From Thelocarpon superellum (lineage: Eukaryota): 46,508 bases of DNA. The notes under the pieces are model-generated. The model was given only the letters and a program-made list of their open reading frames with translations, was not told the DNA's origin and searched no databases. Both the position numbers and the translations under genes were made by a program. This document shows, piece by piece, positions 36,003 through 46,508 of this stretch (positions are counted from its first letter, which is position 1; every line of letters begins with the position of its first letter). The DNA lies in contig JAPEUG010000102.1 of assembly GCA_026025795.1 (NCBI GenBank), forward strand, positions 1-46,508. Direction: 5' to 3'.

Positions 36003-36466
36003 GCGAATCCTCATAGGGCGTTGGGAAGACAATGGAATGGGCGAGTGACGAAGGTAGATAGACATTGGTGCTATGTAGAATGGAACAAGGACGTCGGCGA
36101 TCAATGGACCATCGCCGGTGCTGCTGTCTGAGTAGGAAAGAGTAAAGAGTAGTACGATGGGGATGAAAAGAGTGGTGGTAGACGCACAGTTGGTTAGGTT
36201 GTAGCTCTCGTTGACTTGGCTTAGGCGGAAGGCGAGCGCAGGTGAGGTCTAGCCACGTTAGTTCTGACGCGACTGCGAAGAGAGCAACGCGCTTGATTCG
36301 CCGCGACCGTTGCAGCCAGATGTTCGCATAGCCACGCAGACGCATGTTCAGAGCCACGAAGCCCCCCCACCAACATCATGCTCCGTGGTCCGTCATCGAG
36401 GACCGGTAAAGGTGCCAACCAGAGTGATTGCGACTCCAGGAGGGCCTCTTGACGCCCATCGCAAAC

Positions 36467-37675
36467 ATGGTGTCGTGGTCAACGTGAGTCATTCAGTAAC
36501 CCCGCCAGGCATCCATCTCGAATTAACCTCACCCCGCCCTGCGCAGCCTCCAAACCCTTCTCTTCACCCTGGCACCACTCCTCCTCCCACGCCTGATCTC
36601 CTATTACCGGTCGATGCGCTCGTCCGCGGCCAGCACAGCTGGGATATCAGTGCAACGTGCACCAGTGTCAGCCAAACGAGCATTCAATGTGCTGTTTGTC
36701 AGCGCCGCCCTGGCCCTCGTCTCCACCCTGCCCTACTTCCAACCACCCAACATCTTCCTCCAGACGCAATCCCGGATCCAGATCCCCACCGACGTGCTCT
36801 TCACTCGTCTCTCCGCCCTCCACCCTCTCTCGGCCACCGAAGAAGCCCTGCAGCAGAAACTCGTCTCCTTTGAAGCCCGCCTCCTCTACTTCACCTACGG
36901 GCCGGATCCACTGGCCCACTGCCGTTTCTGCAACAGCGACGACATCACCTCCTACCTCTACTATGCGCTCCCCTCGATCCTCATCCCGCACCTCGTCCAC
37001 CTCGTCTTCCTGGGCCTTGCAACGTCCACCCTGATCTGCGGCGGCCGCGAACCCGCCAAATGGCGGACCGTGGCAACATGCAGCAGCATCTTCCTGGCGC
37101 TGATGGAGATCTACTGCGTGGGGAGCCACAACCACAAGCTCAACACGGCCGCGCAGCGGGTGGGCGACATTGACTTCTTCCACTGGGACGTGCTCACGTA
37201 CCGGGGACTCTCCATCGCCGTCACGGACGCCGTGCTGGCCGGACTCATCTACCTGTCCTCGACGAACAGGATGTTCGTGACGCCGCTCACGACCGCCGAG
37301 CGGCTCGAAGTCAGCACGCGCATGCTGGAGGCAGCGAATAGCAAACTGCACGCCGCGGGCGTCACGAGGAACGCCATCTTCCGCGACGAGACGCTGCGGC
37401 GCAAAACGGCGGCCTATTGGGACGTCGAGGGCCGCGTGACGCGCGAGCTGTTCGAGGAGCGCGAGGTCGTCGAGGGCATTCGCGCAGCCTTGGGCCGCGT
37501 CGACGTCGCGTCCATTGGCCTCGAGGCCGGCCGGTTCGCCGATACCCTCGTTGGGGGCGTCCAGCTTGCGCCTCGACCGGAGGCGCAGGCCCAGGCCCAG
37601 ACCCAGGCCCAGGTGCAGGCACCGGGGCAGGTCCCAGGAGGTGGTACGAAAGAGGGAGACGTGGCGGCGCCGTGA
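36467..37675 (+). CDS. Conserved fungal multi-pass membrane protein of unknown function; intron 36484-36546
   Basis: MVSWSTLQTLLFTLAPLLLPRLISYYRS; several TM segments; PNIF..TQSRIQIPTDVLF.RL, RLLYF.YGP, CRFC, YLSSTNR motifs. Confidence 0.8.
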
Positions 37676-38349
37676 GATGGACATGGAGGGGAGACATCTT
37701 ATCGCATGCAGTCATTTCGACACCGTTTACTGTCCCGCACTGTAAAGTAGAAGGACCCACCATATGACCAGACCAATATAGCACAGGCAGGCCGAATAGA
37801 ATAGATGTTTGGAGTCGTGTGGGATGCTTGGAATGCCTGAAATGCCTGAAATGCCTGAAATGGATATGAGAGCTCGCGGAGCTCGTGTTTCTCGTGCTTG
37901 GCTTCGACCGACGTATCTCGACTCTACATGAGACATGGTCAATCCGATAGCATAGGCGATGTGGTGAAGCGCGTATCATCAAAGTACTGACGGTAAATGA
38001 TTGTGCACAAGATTCATTAGAGAGAGGATGCTCCACTGAGGAAAGGGACTGGGATAGAAAGGGTACGAGAGTGATATCAGAAGAGAAAAAAATGCAGGAG
38101 AAGGAGAAGGAGAAGGAGAAGAAAAGTGGACGTGTCCTGCAACGTGCAACAGCATCAGCCAAAGCTACTCCCCGCCCGTCTTAGCCAATTCACGTATAAC
38201 GCCTCGCTGTCTCATCTGTCGCGTCTCGTCTCATATCATCGTTTGCAAAGGTGGATGGGAGGAGGATGAATGGAGGATGCGTGAAGAGAGAAAATGAATG
38301 GAGCGGTTCAGATCGTCGAGGCCAGTCGCTCATAGTGCGTCTATCACAG

Positions 38350-39318
38350 CTATACGTCCTCAACGAACGAACCATATCGTGGATGAGTAGCGTCCGGTCG
38401 CTGGAGAGAATAGGGCTCCACGGCCATGTAGGCGGGATGTTGAGTCGTCTCTGGAGCGGGTGTGGGCGAAGGCCGGACGTAGTCTTTGAACTGAGCGTTG
38501 ACGTTCATGGGCTTGGAGATGTTGAGCGGCATCTTGGGATTGAGTGGTCGCCGCGAGTCACGGTCGTGCGAATGTTGAGAGGATGGCGATCCTTTGCGGG
38601 TCCCCATGAATTCGCTTCGAAAGGTCTTGCGACTGCGGGTCGAATGGCTGCGTGGACTTGTCTGCGCTGCCGTGGCGCCGTGGGCGCGCACTTGTCGGGC
38701 CGTGACGTCGAGGACGGAATCGCGAAAAACGTAGCTCTATCCTCCGATCAATGCGAATTCTTCACCGTCGCACACGAGTACATACCGCAATGATGTTAAG
38801 GAGGCCCAAGACCGCTACCACAATGCCAGATGCTATGACCACACGCCAGAAGCCAAGGCCCAACGACTCCTGACTGGTGGCTTCTTTATTCAGGTTGCCC
38901 AACACCGAGACGCCCACCACGATCATGGCGAATCCAAGGCCGACGAAGCCCGAGGAAGGACTCAAGAGCGGCCAGTTCCGGGAGAAGTAGGATTCAAATA
39001 GCGAGAGTTCGGAGACAATGAGGAACACTATGTCCAGGTCAGAAATGGAACCCGAGGCAGACGTGAAGGAGCACGAACTGCTGATACTGGAGGTGATGAT
39101 GTGGCTGACGGCGTCGAAGAAGAAGAACTATCTCCCCGTAAGCTTGACGGACCTCAGACCGGCACAGACTTGGCCCGTACCTTGGAAACGATAAAGGTCT
39201 TGACGAGCATGACCCAACTGGCCACCATGACAGCCGCGAGAGCAACGATATTCATGACCCGGAGGATGTTGAGAATGACGTAGCCTGGACCGGCCAGAAG
39301 CTTCTTTGAAGGAGGCAT
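38350..39318 (-). CDS. Conserved fungal four-TM membrane protein with Ser/Arg-rich tail; exons 39318-39181, 39127-39079, 39027-38786, 38736-38350
   Basis: LAGPGYVILNILRVMNIV, FFFFDAVSH, FLIVSEL..F.SYFSRNWPLL, VTARQVRAHGA; three GT-AG introns restore the frame. Confidence 0.85.
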
Positions 39319-40659
39319 GGTAAGGTTGAGGAGCGGGAGTCCCGGCCGCAGCGTTCCCGCCGCGGTGATTCTCGACGGGTTGAGCTACGATAGATCGAGG
39401 GCGAAGCGTGTAAGAAACGGACGACAGGTGGAAGAGTCTCTGTGAACTGGCCGGCAGTAGATAGAGAAGAGAATGTGAGCGGGAGAAGCCCGGGTAAGGA
39501 AAAGCTGCGTTGTCACGAAGATGAGCAGAGAGAAGGTGAGGAGGAAGAAAAGGCGTCCTCTGAAGGGATTGGTCGTGGATATAGCGTGCCGAGAGGATCA
39601 GCTGAGAGACGTCCGAGGTAGAACAATAAGTGCTGGATATTATTCACGGCGGACGAGTCATTGACAGGACAATAGAAGAGTGAAAAGAGTGAATTGGGAT
39701 CAGTCAGAGTCCGGATGGTCCGCACTTGATACCGACATCGGTAGCATGGGAGAGGTGGATGGCGGAGCGCCTCGTTTGGAGGCCGAATCATCCATCACGA
39801 ATCACCCATCACGAATCACGCATCAGTCAGAAACCAGCTTCGGCCAGAGGGATCTTGTTTCAGATGCTCCATTCCGTCTTATCGCTATCGCCACACCAGC
39901 TTGCTTCGACACCATCCTCCCTCCTCGAGCAGGCCTCCGACACATTTCCCACTCGACCGTGCGGGACAGGTGGGGTGTGGTCTCCATTCAGCCCAACCCA
40001 ACGCGTCTTGTTCGCTCACCTGTCGTCTCGGCCGCGCTGGATCCCCACGCAGGGGAGCGATGGTCAAAGGCCGGTGCAACAATGGAACGCCTTGGGTGGG
40101 GCGATCTAGAGCGTGGTCACCTCTCGACCAGACAATGGTCGACGTGACCGATGACCGGATAAGTCGAGTTTGGCGCCCGCCTACGGATTGTGTAGATTGG
40201 GTGGGCGAACAATGAAGTATTGGCCCCGGAGGCCCCATGCCCTGTAACGCGGGTGGTTTCAGGTCAGAAGCTGAACTGCTGGCGTTCCTGCAGGCAAGGC
40301 TAGGGAACCGCGGCCACCGGTGAAAGTAGCCGAAGAGGCCTGCGACCGCCCGGAAGGCGCGCCGATGCTAACGCAACGAGCGGCAGAGCCGTGCATTTGC
40401 ATGGAACGTCCCTCCTTCCCATATCCGCGATATGCTTTCAGCGGACTGGAAAGCTATTTGGACATGCAAGGCTCCGCGGGTCCGAAGGATTCGTCTCACG
40501 TGGAAAGGAAGTACTTCCTCTACAATCCTTCAATGCCATGACAATTCTCTATCTTTTCCTGCTCGCCGCCCCACATTGCCGTTGGCACTGAGGCCCCTCT
40601 CTTTCACTCCACTATTCCATCATGTTCACGCCGAGGACATCTCCCGGATACGCCGTACA

Positions 40660-41280
40660 ATGGCTTGGTCGGGGACGACGGAGCACTCCACGCATCATCG
40701 CCAGTTGCCCTACCTGCGCGTCGCCACCATCTTCCTCCTCCTGGTCACGCTCCTGGCCAACGTGCTGAACGCAAGTCCTATAATTTCCCCGCCACGACCT
40801 GTTCGAGTCGCCGCAGAATTGGCTCCCGCGAGCGCCGCCCGGGGTCTCGCGGCTCCACTAGATCGGCGAACAGCAACGAGCCTCATAGTGGTGTCCGGAG
40901 CTCGAACCTTTCACGTCAAATACTTCCAAAAGGCTGCCCTAGCCGAACAGATCGTTTCCACCATGCTCGTGGCCGCCTCGAACGCCCTGGCCAACTTCAT
41001 CAGTCATATACCAGCGTCGGCTATACCCGAGTTAGTCCGTCTCCCTACAGGACATTGGCAAACCCTGGCTGTCGACGGACAACACGCCCTCACGGTCGTG
41101 GCGAGGGACCGAAGTCATGGCTTGGTCGCACCCCTTCTCTGGGTGGACGTTCAGAGAATCATTGAGGACTTGCTCAGGATGATGCCCGAATCAGACAATG
41201 GGAGAAACTTCGGCGTCCTCCAAGCCCAGATCATCGATCTTTATAAACAGACCGTGGTGGGCGTACTTCGACTGGTGTGA
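40660..41280 (+). CDS. Small putative secreted protein (206 aa), no recognised family
   Basis: ATG in ACAATGG context, hydrophobic signal VATIFLLLVTLLANVLNA-SP, dibasic DRR site, intronless. Confidence 0.6.
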   Translation: MAWSGTTEHSTHHRQLPYLRVATIFLLLVTLLANVLNASPIISPPRPVRVAAELAPASAARGLAAPLDRRTATSLIVVSGARTFHVKYFQKAALAEQIVSTMLVAASNALANFISHIPASAIPELVRLPTGHWQTLAVDGQHALTVVARDRSHGLVAPLLWVDVQRIIEDLLRMMPESDNGRNFGVLQAQIIDLYKQTVVGVLRLV

Positions 41281-41588
41281 GACATGCTCATGACAATGCA
41301 TTGGAGGGACGACGATCGTGACGCAAGCCTTGTGGGCTTGTTCTTTACATATCTGGCACATGTCCGGTTCTGCATGGGGGTGCCTGCATCGTCATCCGGA
41401 TCGGACGGATCCTACTTTGTTGATCAGTTGTGTACCATATTGCAGAGACGAAAGATGCCTGCGCTCAAATTACGCCCCGCTGAGAGACGTTGATATCCCG
41501 CCCGAATGACATGAGCCATGAACCAAGATCCACAGCAGAGCAAGGTCAAATTGGCATCTTCTTCCGAACCGCACGTCCGATTCTCCAC

Positions 41589-42419
41589 TCACCAGAATCG
41601 ACACCAACGGCCCACCCTCCACAAGCTCGGGAACCACTGGCACACCAAGCCTGGAAGGAGGTAGGAGAAGAGGTTCCTGCTCATGCTCCTGGCATCGATC
41701 TCCTTTCCTCCGAGGCCCACTAGGCCCACTTCCTTGCCCACCCACTCCTCACGTCCTGCTCCGTCTTGCTCGTCCCCGTCCCGACCACTCATCATCACCA
41801 TCCCTCTCGCCAGATCCGCGTAGGAGAGCAGGGGCGAGACCTCAGTGGCAGAGATGCGCACCCCCCGAGCCTTATCGTGCACGAGTCCTCCAGATTGCGC
41901 CAGGACCAAGGGGAGCCAGGTCTGCGATTGCAGATAGGCCGTCGCATGCTTGATGTCCCCGTAGACGTTATATTCTCCTTGGCGCATCAGCCACTGGAAG
42001 AACGGCGGCAGAGTTGCCGGGAGCTTGGGATTGACCGCTGCGCTGGACAGGAAGACGAGGGTGGGACAGGTCCATGCCGAAGGCGTCGGCGCTTCCTCCC
42101 GGAGCAGCTCTAGAGCCGACACGATGCCGTGGGCCACTCGCTGCGCAATGTCCACCGTGGGCTCGTTGGTGTTCTGAGCCACGGTGTTGAACACGACGTC
42201 GCTGCCGCGGATGCAGTTCGTCAGCAGTGCCACGTCCGATACCTCGCCGATGAACGTGCTGGCTTTCTCCGTCGACGCCACCGCCGGATGGAGGGTGCTC
42301 AGGCGCTCTGCAGAACGCGCATAGAGGTGCAACTGCGTGGCTGCGGGGTCCTCCAGCAGTAGCTTGACCAGCTCCGATCCCGCCTGGCCCGTTGCTCCCA
42401 GAATGGCGTATTTGGGCAT
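41589..42419 (-). CDS. NAD(P)-binding Rossmann oxidoreductase, AvfA/AflX/MdpK-like
   Basis: MPKYAILGATGQAGS, LVFLSSA, VYGDI..A..YL, LSYADLARGM. Confidence 0.8.
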   Translation of the reverse strand: MPKYAILGATGQAGSELVKLLLEDPAATQLHLYARSAERLSTLHPAVASTEKASTFIGEVSDVALLTNCIRGSDVVFNTVAQNTNEPTVDIAQRVAHGIVSALELLREEAPTPSAWTCPTLVFLSSAAVNPKLPATLPPFFQWLMRQGEYNVYGDIKHATAYLQSQTWLPLVLAQSGGLVHDKARGVRISATEVSPLLSYADLARGMVMMSGRDGDEQDGAGREEWVGKEVGLVGLGGKEIDARSMSRNLFSYLLPGLVCQWFPSLWRVGRWCRFW

Positions 42420-43318
42420 GGTGGTGGACGACAAGAAGATGCGGATGTGTGAGCACACGATGTTCTTGTCGTGCGGAGGATACAGATGAACAATGAAGGT
42501 TTACAGGAAACCTCTTCGAAGACAGGGCTGGGAGCTTTCGCATTTAGAGCCAAGCACGGGTAGCCTTCTGGCCCTATCAACAGCTGCAGCTACCACCACC
42601 AGCACGAGTAGCATCTCTCATGCATGTCTCCCGCCCTTTCACACTGATCGAGAGGTATGGATGGATGATCGAAGACGGAGGCGTCGTCTACTTTCCACTC
42701 TGGGATCTCTCCTGAGCAGCGGGAGAACCTGTGGCAAGAAACGGTCCATCGCATCGCGCGCTTCGTGAGCGTGGCGGTGACGGTGGAGCAGTAGGTGCCT
42801 GGATCCACACTGCATAGTATGCATCGTTCCGCTACTGTAGTACGAAGTACTCGTCCATGCACCGGTCAGTGCGACCGATCCGCGCTGACCAACGACCAAC
42901 GTAGAGTTCCTCGTACTTCGCACATAGATCCTCGGATCGTCCCAGGCTCGATTGCCCACGACTCGTCGTCTTTGAAGCCTGCCTGAAGTCAGTCTCCTCC
43001 ACATTCTCTCGCACAGTAGAAAGACCGTGGCATACCAAGAATGATACTATCATCATAGATTTGAATCAGGCGACAGGGAAAAGGACTCCATGGATTGTCT
43101 CTGGCTCACGTGATCTTGGCGCAGCCATGCCAATCTAGTCACCGCATGTAAAGGTAGCATCCGTAGCCTGATCTTCCCCACCGCCGTCGTGACAATCCGC
43201 ATCATACTACCGTCCACGCCTACCAATTCTCTCCTTCCTGGCCTTGTCGCGGCCGTATCACAGCCGTCACACTCGCCCTATTGCGGACATCCAACATCCT
43301 CCACCCCGAGTTCTCGCC

Positions 43319-43859
43319 ATGGCTCGAGGCAACCAACGCGACAAGGCGCGCGAGAAGAATCTCAAGGACCAGGCCAGCGTTGTACGGCATGCCCCCACCT
43401 TCCTCTGCACACTGTCTCCGTCCTTGATCCCGACAACACGGTCTTGCTAACGAGATTTGAACCACTGCAGAAGAAGAAGAATACGGTAGGCGCAGTCCAG
43501 CTACTCAGAAGACTGGGACCTCGATACTGGAGCCGCCGTATTTGTGCTCATCCTGCCATCCGTCTAGCAAACGGGTACCGAGTTCCAACGCACTAAGGAA
43601 CAACAGGCGGCTATCATGCGTCAGAAGCAAGAACAAGGTATGGGTAGGAAAGTCATCGGCGACCGCGACGGCGGCAGTGGTGCTGCTCGTGCTCGTCTTT
43701 ACCGGTTGTGCGTGAGCACGACCGCTGCTGTTGTCCCCCGGCCTTCTACCCACCGTCTTTCCGTGGTGGTCTTGTGAAACAATGGATGGAGGCTGACTGT
43801 GCCTTGCGAGGATAGCCAATTCCAAGAAACAGGATGATGGCGCCGCCAGGAAGAAATAG
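43319..43859 (+). CDS. Small EDRK-rich factor (SERF/4F5 family); exons 43319-43381, 43471-43485, 43568-43637, 43816-43859
   Basis: MARGNQRDKAREKNLK...KKKNT|QTGTEFQRTKEQQAAIMRQKQ; includes a 15-nt exon. Confidence 0.92.
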
Positions 43860-44301
43860 CCCATGTCCTGCCCCCCCCGCGCAGCGGCAGGTGACGGCGG
43901 AGAAAGCACGGTCCTACGGCCGAGGTGATTACGTGGGAGGCATTACAAGCCAAGTCCGGTGTCGGTCCGATGTAGGAGTCATTCCAAATTTGCGTTGAAG
44001 CCCTCATCCGAGCATCTATATAATCGCGATAAAAATTCAGTGGTACCATATAGTACTGTTGATATCTCATGCCAAATACATACAGGAAACAGATCATTAT
44101 CTCTGATCCAGGAGATGGGGGGGTGCGTTGCACGTTGCACGCCGCCACAGACGGCTCGATACGGCTTCACACCTCCAACCAAAGAGAGGCCCGGCCTGCA
44201 AAATCATGGTTGGATCCGGCGGCCATCTCAAAAGAATTGGCGCAAGGCCATCTGTACAAGAACGAGGGGTGGACGTCGACGGCAGCTGGTCGAACGTCGC
44301 T

Positions 44302-45544
44302 CTACCGGTATCCGTACCCGGACGAGCCGGCAGTAGTCGCCGAGGATGGTGGGGGGGCGCCGATGGCCGGAGGTGAGTATCCCGAGGGTTGAGCGGATCC
44401 CATGGAACCCCACGACGCGGGCATTTGTCCTGCATCATTGGTCAATTCCGGCCCGTGCACCGCCGCTTCAGCGGGAGGGTGGCGGCGCTTACCTCCATAT
44501 CCACCGTACGCGTTCATCCCGGTCCCTTGAGGCCAGGACGCGGCGCCGCACAAGCACATGCATTGACACGAGCCCCCGCTGCTCGAACCCGTTCCTGACA
44601 CAATTTGAGACCCTGACGAAGACGGCGGGCTCGCGTTCGCTACCGCGTTCGCCGCTCCAGCGTCTGCCGTGCCGTTCTGTTGTATCGCCATCTGTTTGAA
44701 TAACGCTTGCGTCTTCTGTGCCGTGGGATTGATGGAGAAGACCATGCCCTTGCCGCAATGCGTGCCCTCCTTCTGCTTGCAGTAGAACCCTGCCCGAGAA
44801 AGTCAGCACTAGGGTCCAAGGAAAGGACGTTCACGCGACGTACACATGGGCGACGTCGTCGTCACTTGAATGGTGTAGGAGGGCGGAGGATTGACCGTGC
44901 CATCGTTGGGCATGAAACCCGAGTCCGAGCCTAGTCGGGAACAGATCAGCAATCGAGCGGTGGCATATCTGCCGAAGTGATCCCATGAACTCACCAGCCT
45001 TGACGCAGGGCTTATCAAACGCCGACTGTGTGACCGTATGGTTCTTCGACATGAAGTTGAATTGCACGAGGTCGTTCACGTCGGCCTGAATGCTATCGGG
45101 TGTGTAGACCAGCCCGGCGGATCCACCGACAGTGATCTACCGAACTCATCAGTCTCAGGGAATTGATCCCGGTCGTCAGCGGGACCTCACCACATGGGTC
45201 TTGCCCGGGGGAGCCGATGGCGTCATCTCTTGGGACATGGAACTTCCCCCGGCACTCATCTGGACCACGACGGCATCGACCAAGGCAGGCGCCGAGCTGC
45301 TTGACGACGATGGGTTGCTCACGGCGTCGACAGCTCCCATTCCAAGACTTCCGGGGCTGGCTTCCGCCGCCATGCTCGTGCAGGAGGTGGAGCTGCTGGA
45401 GCTGCTGCTAGAGCCGCTGGCGTAACCAGCGCTGCCGCCATAGCCCGAGCCACCGTAACCTGAACCGCCATAACCCGAGTCGGCGTAGACGCTCGCCGCC
45501 GAGGCGACGACGGTCAACGTCGAGAGGAGGGAGTGAAGCTGCAT
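44302..45544 (-). CDS. Secreted Ser/Gly-rich cupredoxin-domain protein; exons 45544-45191, 45136-44995, 44930-44844, 44789-44493, 44429-44302
   Basis: Signal peptide; THVITVGG..GLVYTPD, F.F...NHTVTQSAFDKPC, WFYCKQ....HCGKGMVFSINP with type-1 Cu ligands H/C/H/M. Confidence 0.9.
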
Positions 45545-46508
45545 GATGGAAAGAGACTGAAGATGCTCGAGAGGGAGACGTCGACCGCAATCTGGAGAAG
45601 CTGGATCGAGGTGGAAAGAGGAGGCAGGCCGCGGCCGTGGCGTAACGGTGCGAATGATCGAGAGCCTGGTCAGGAGAGAAGAGAGTGCAGAGCCTGCTCT
45701 GATAGATGACAAAAAGAAGGACAGACGGCCAAATGGCACGATTCAATGAAAGACAAGGCTGGACCGAGACACCACCGTGGCAAACTGGAGCACAACGCAT
45801 GAAGGTTGGGGGGAAAGGCACACTTAAATCGAAGCGTTACAGTCGCCCTCGACGTCCATGCGAATGGGCGAACACGAGTTGGGTCCCGCCAAACCACGAT
45901 CCAATTTGGTAGAGGGGTCGCAGGCGAAACTCCGATCACCCAGGTTCGTCGAGCCGCGGCCAGGTCTGGGCGGCCAACGTGACCGGGGTCATGGCTCCGA
46001 TCGGTGTAGCGAGGGCGCTCCCCGCTCACGCCTTCCCCCATGACGCTCCATGAAGGGTCAGATCATGGGCGTCGGGGCCACCAGGTCGACCGCGACTGCG
46101 GAATGTAAAATTTCGGTGTGCAGGGTGAGATGACATTGTCTTTGTATCGGATCTGTCTCGGGCCCCTCCTCACCCTGTCCGCCAGCAACCCCTCGAACGT
46201 ATGACGTTTCGCTAATACGGGAGCTAGCCCGGTATGATAGGGGAGCGCCCACAGACAAGCGACCGTTGCCCGCGCTCGAGCCCTCGCGTGGCCCGCGCGC
46301 CCACCCACACGCCCACTGCGACCACGACGGTAATGGAGGCTCGGTAGACGACCGAGTAAGATCATGCTCCCACAAAACATCCCTGCCCAGGACTGCCGGC
46401 CCTTAACTCATTCGTCGACGGACTCTCCTCCCGCCACCTACTATGACATTTCGAGTTCCAGATCCAGTCCAACGAGGCCTGCACATGCTCCTGGCCGGGG
46501 AACAAATA

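Noticed and set aside
35841..36357. Minus-strand ORFs of 87 and 157 aa
   Set aside because: No protein-like features; sequence better explained by the snoRNA and its host
43638..43815. Longer introns (SERF 178 nt, rho1 167 nt) as stwintrons or snoRNA hosts
   Set aside because: Single-step GT-AG splicing restores the frame; no convincing C/D or H/ACA boxes seen

Overview
GC-rich, gene-dense eukaryotic DNA from a filamentous ascomycete (Pezizomycotina-type short GT-AG introns, CTRAY branch sites). About 20 protein-coding genes were reconstructed by hand-splicing. They are mostly housekeeping: rho1, cytochrome c1 heme lyase, MVD1/ERG19, ELP1, COX7c, MTR4, a DENN protein, a SWIM-RING protein, SOK1/Tcp11, CCE1/Ydc2, GLR1, a PTAR1/Ecm9-like gene, GET1, two conserved membrane proteins, SERF and a secreted cupredoxin. 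Three look accessory: a secreted HNH-like protein, a small secreted protein and an orphan AvfA-like oxidoreductase. The most notable non-coding signal is an snR46-like H/ACA snoRNA (minus strand, ~35852-36002) whose first pocket matches the LSU rRNA Psi2865 site. It is enclosed by a box C-like/box D pair that can form a kink-turn, suggesting a composite C/D-H/ACA RNA. Other highlights are a probable CUG-initiated mitochondrial presequence on GLR1, a Rho1 ending in CLIM, and several tandem repeats. No tRNA, rRNA, CRISPR array or transposon was recognised. All family assignments come from motif recognition, not database searches.
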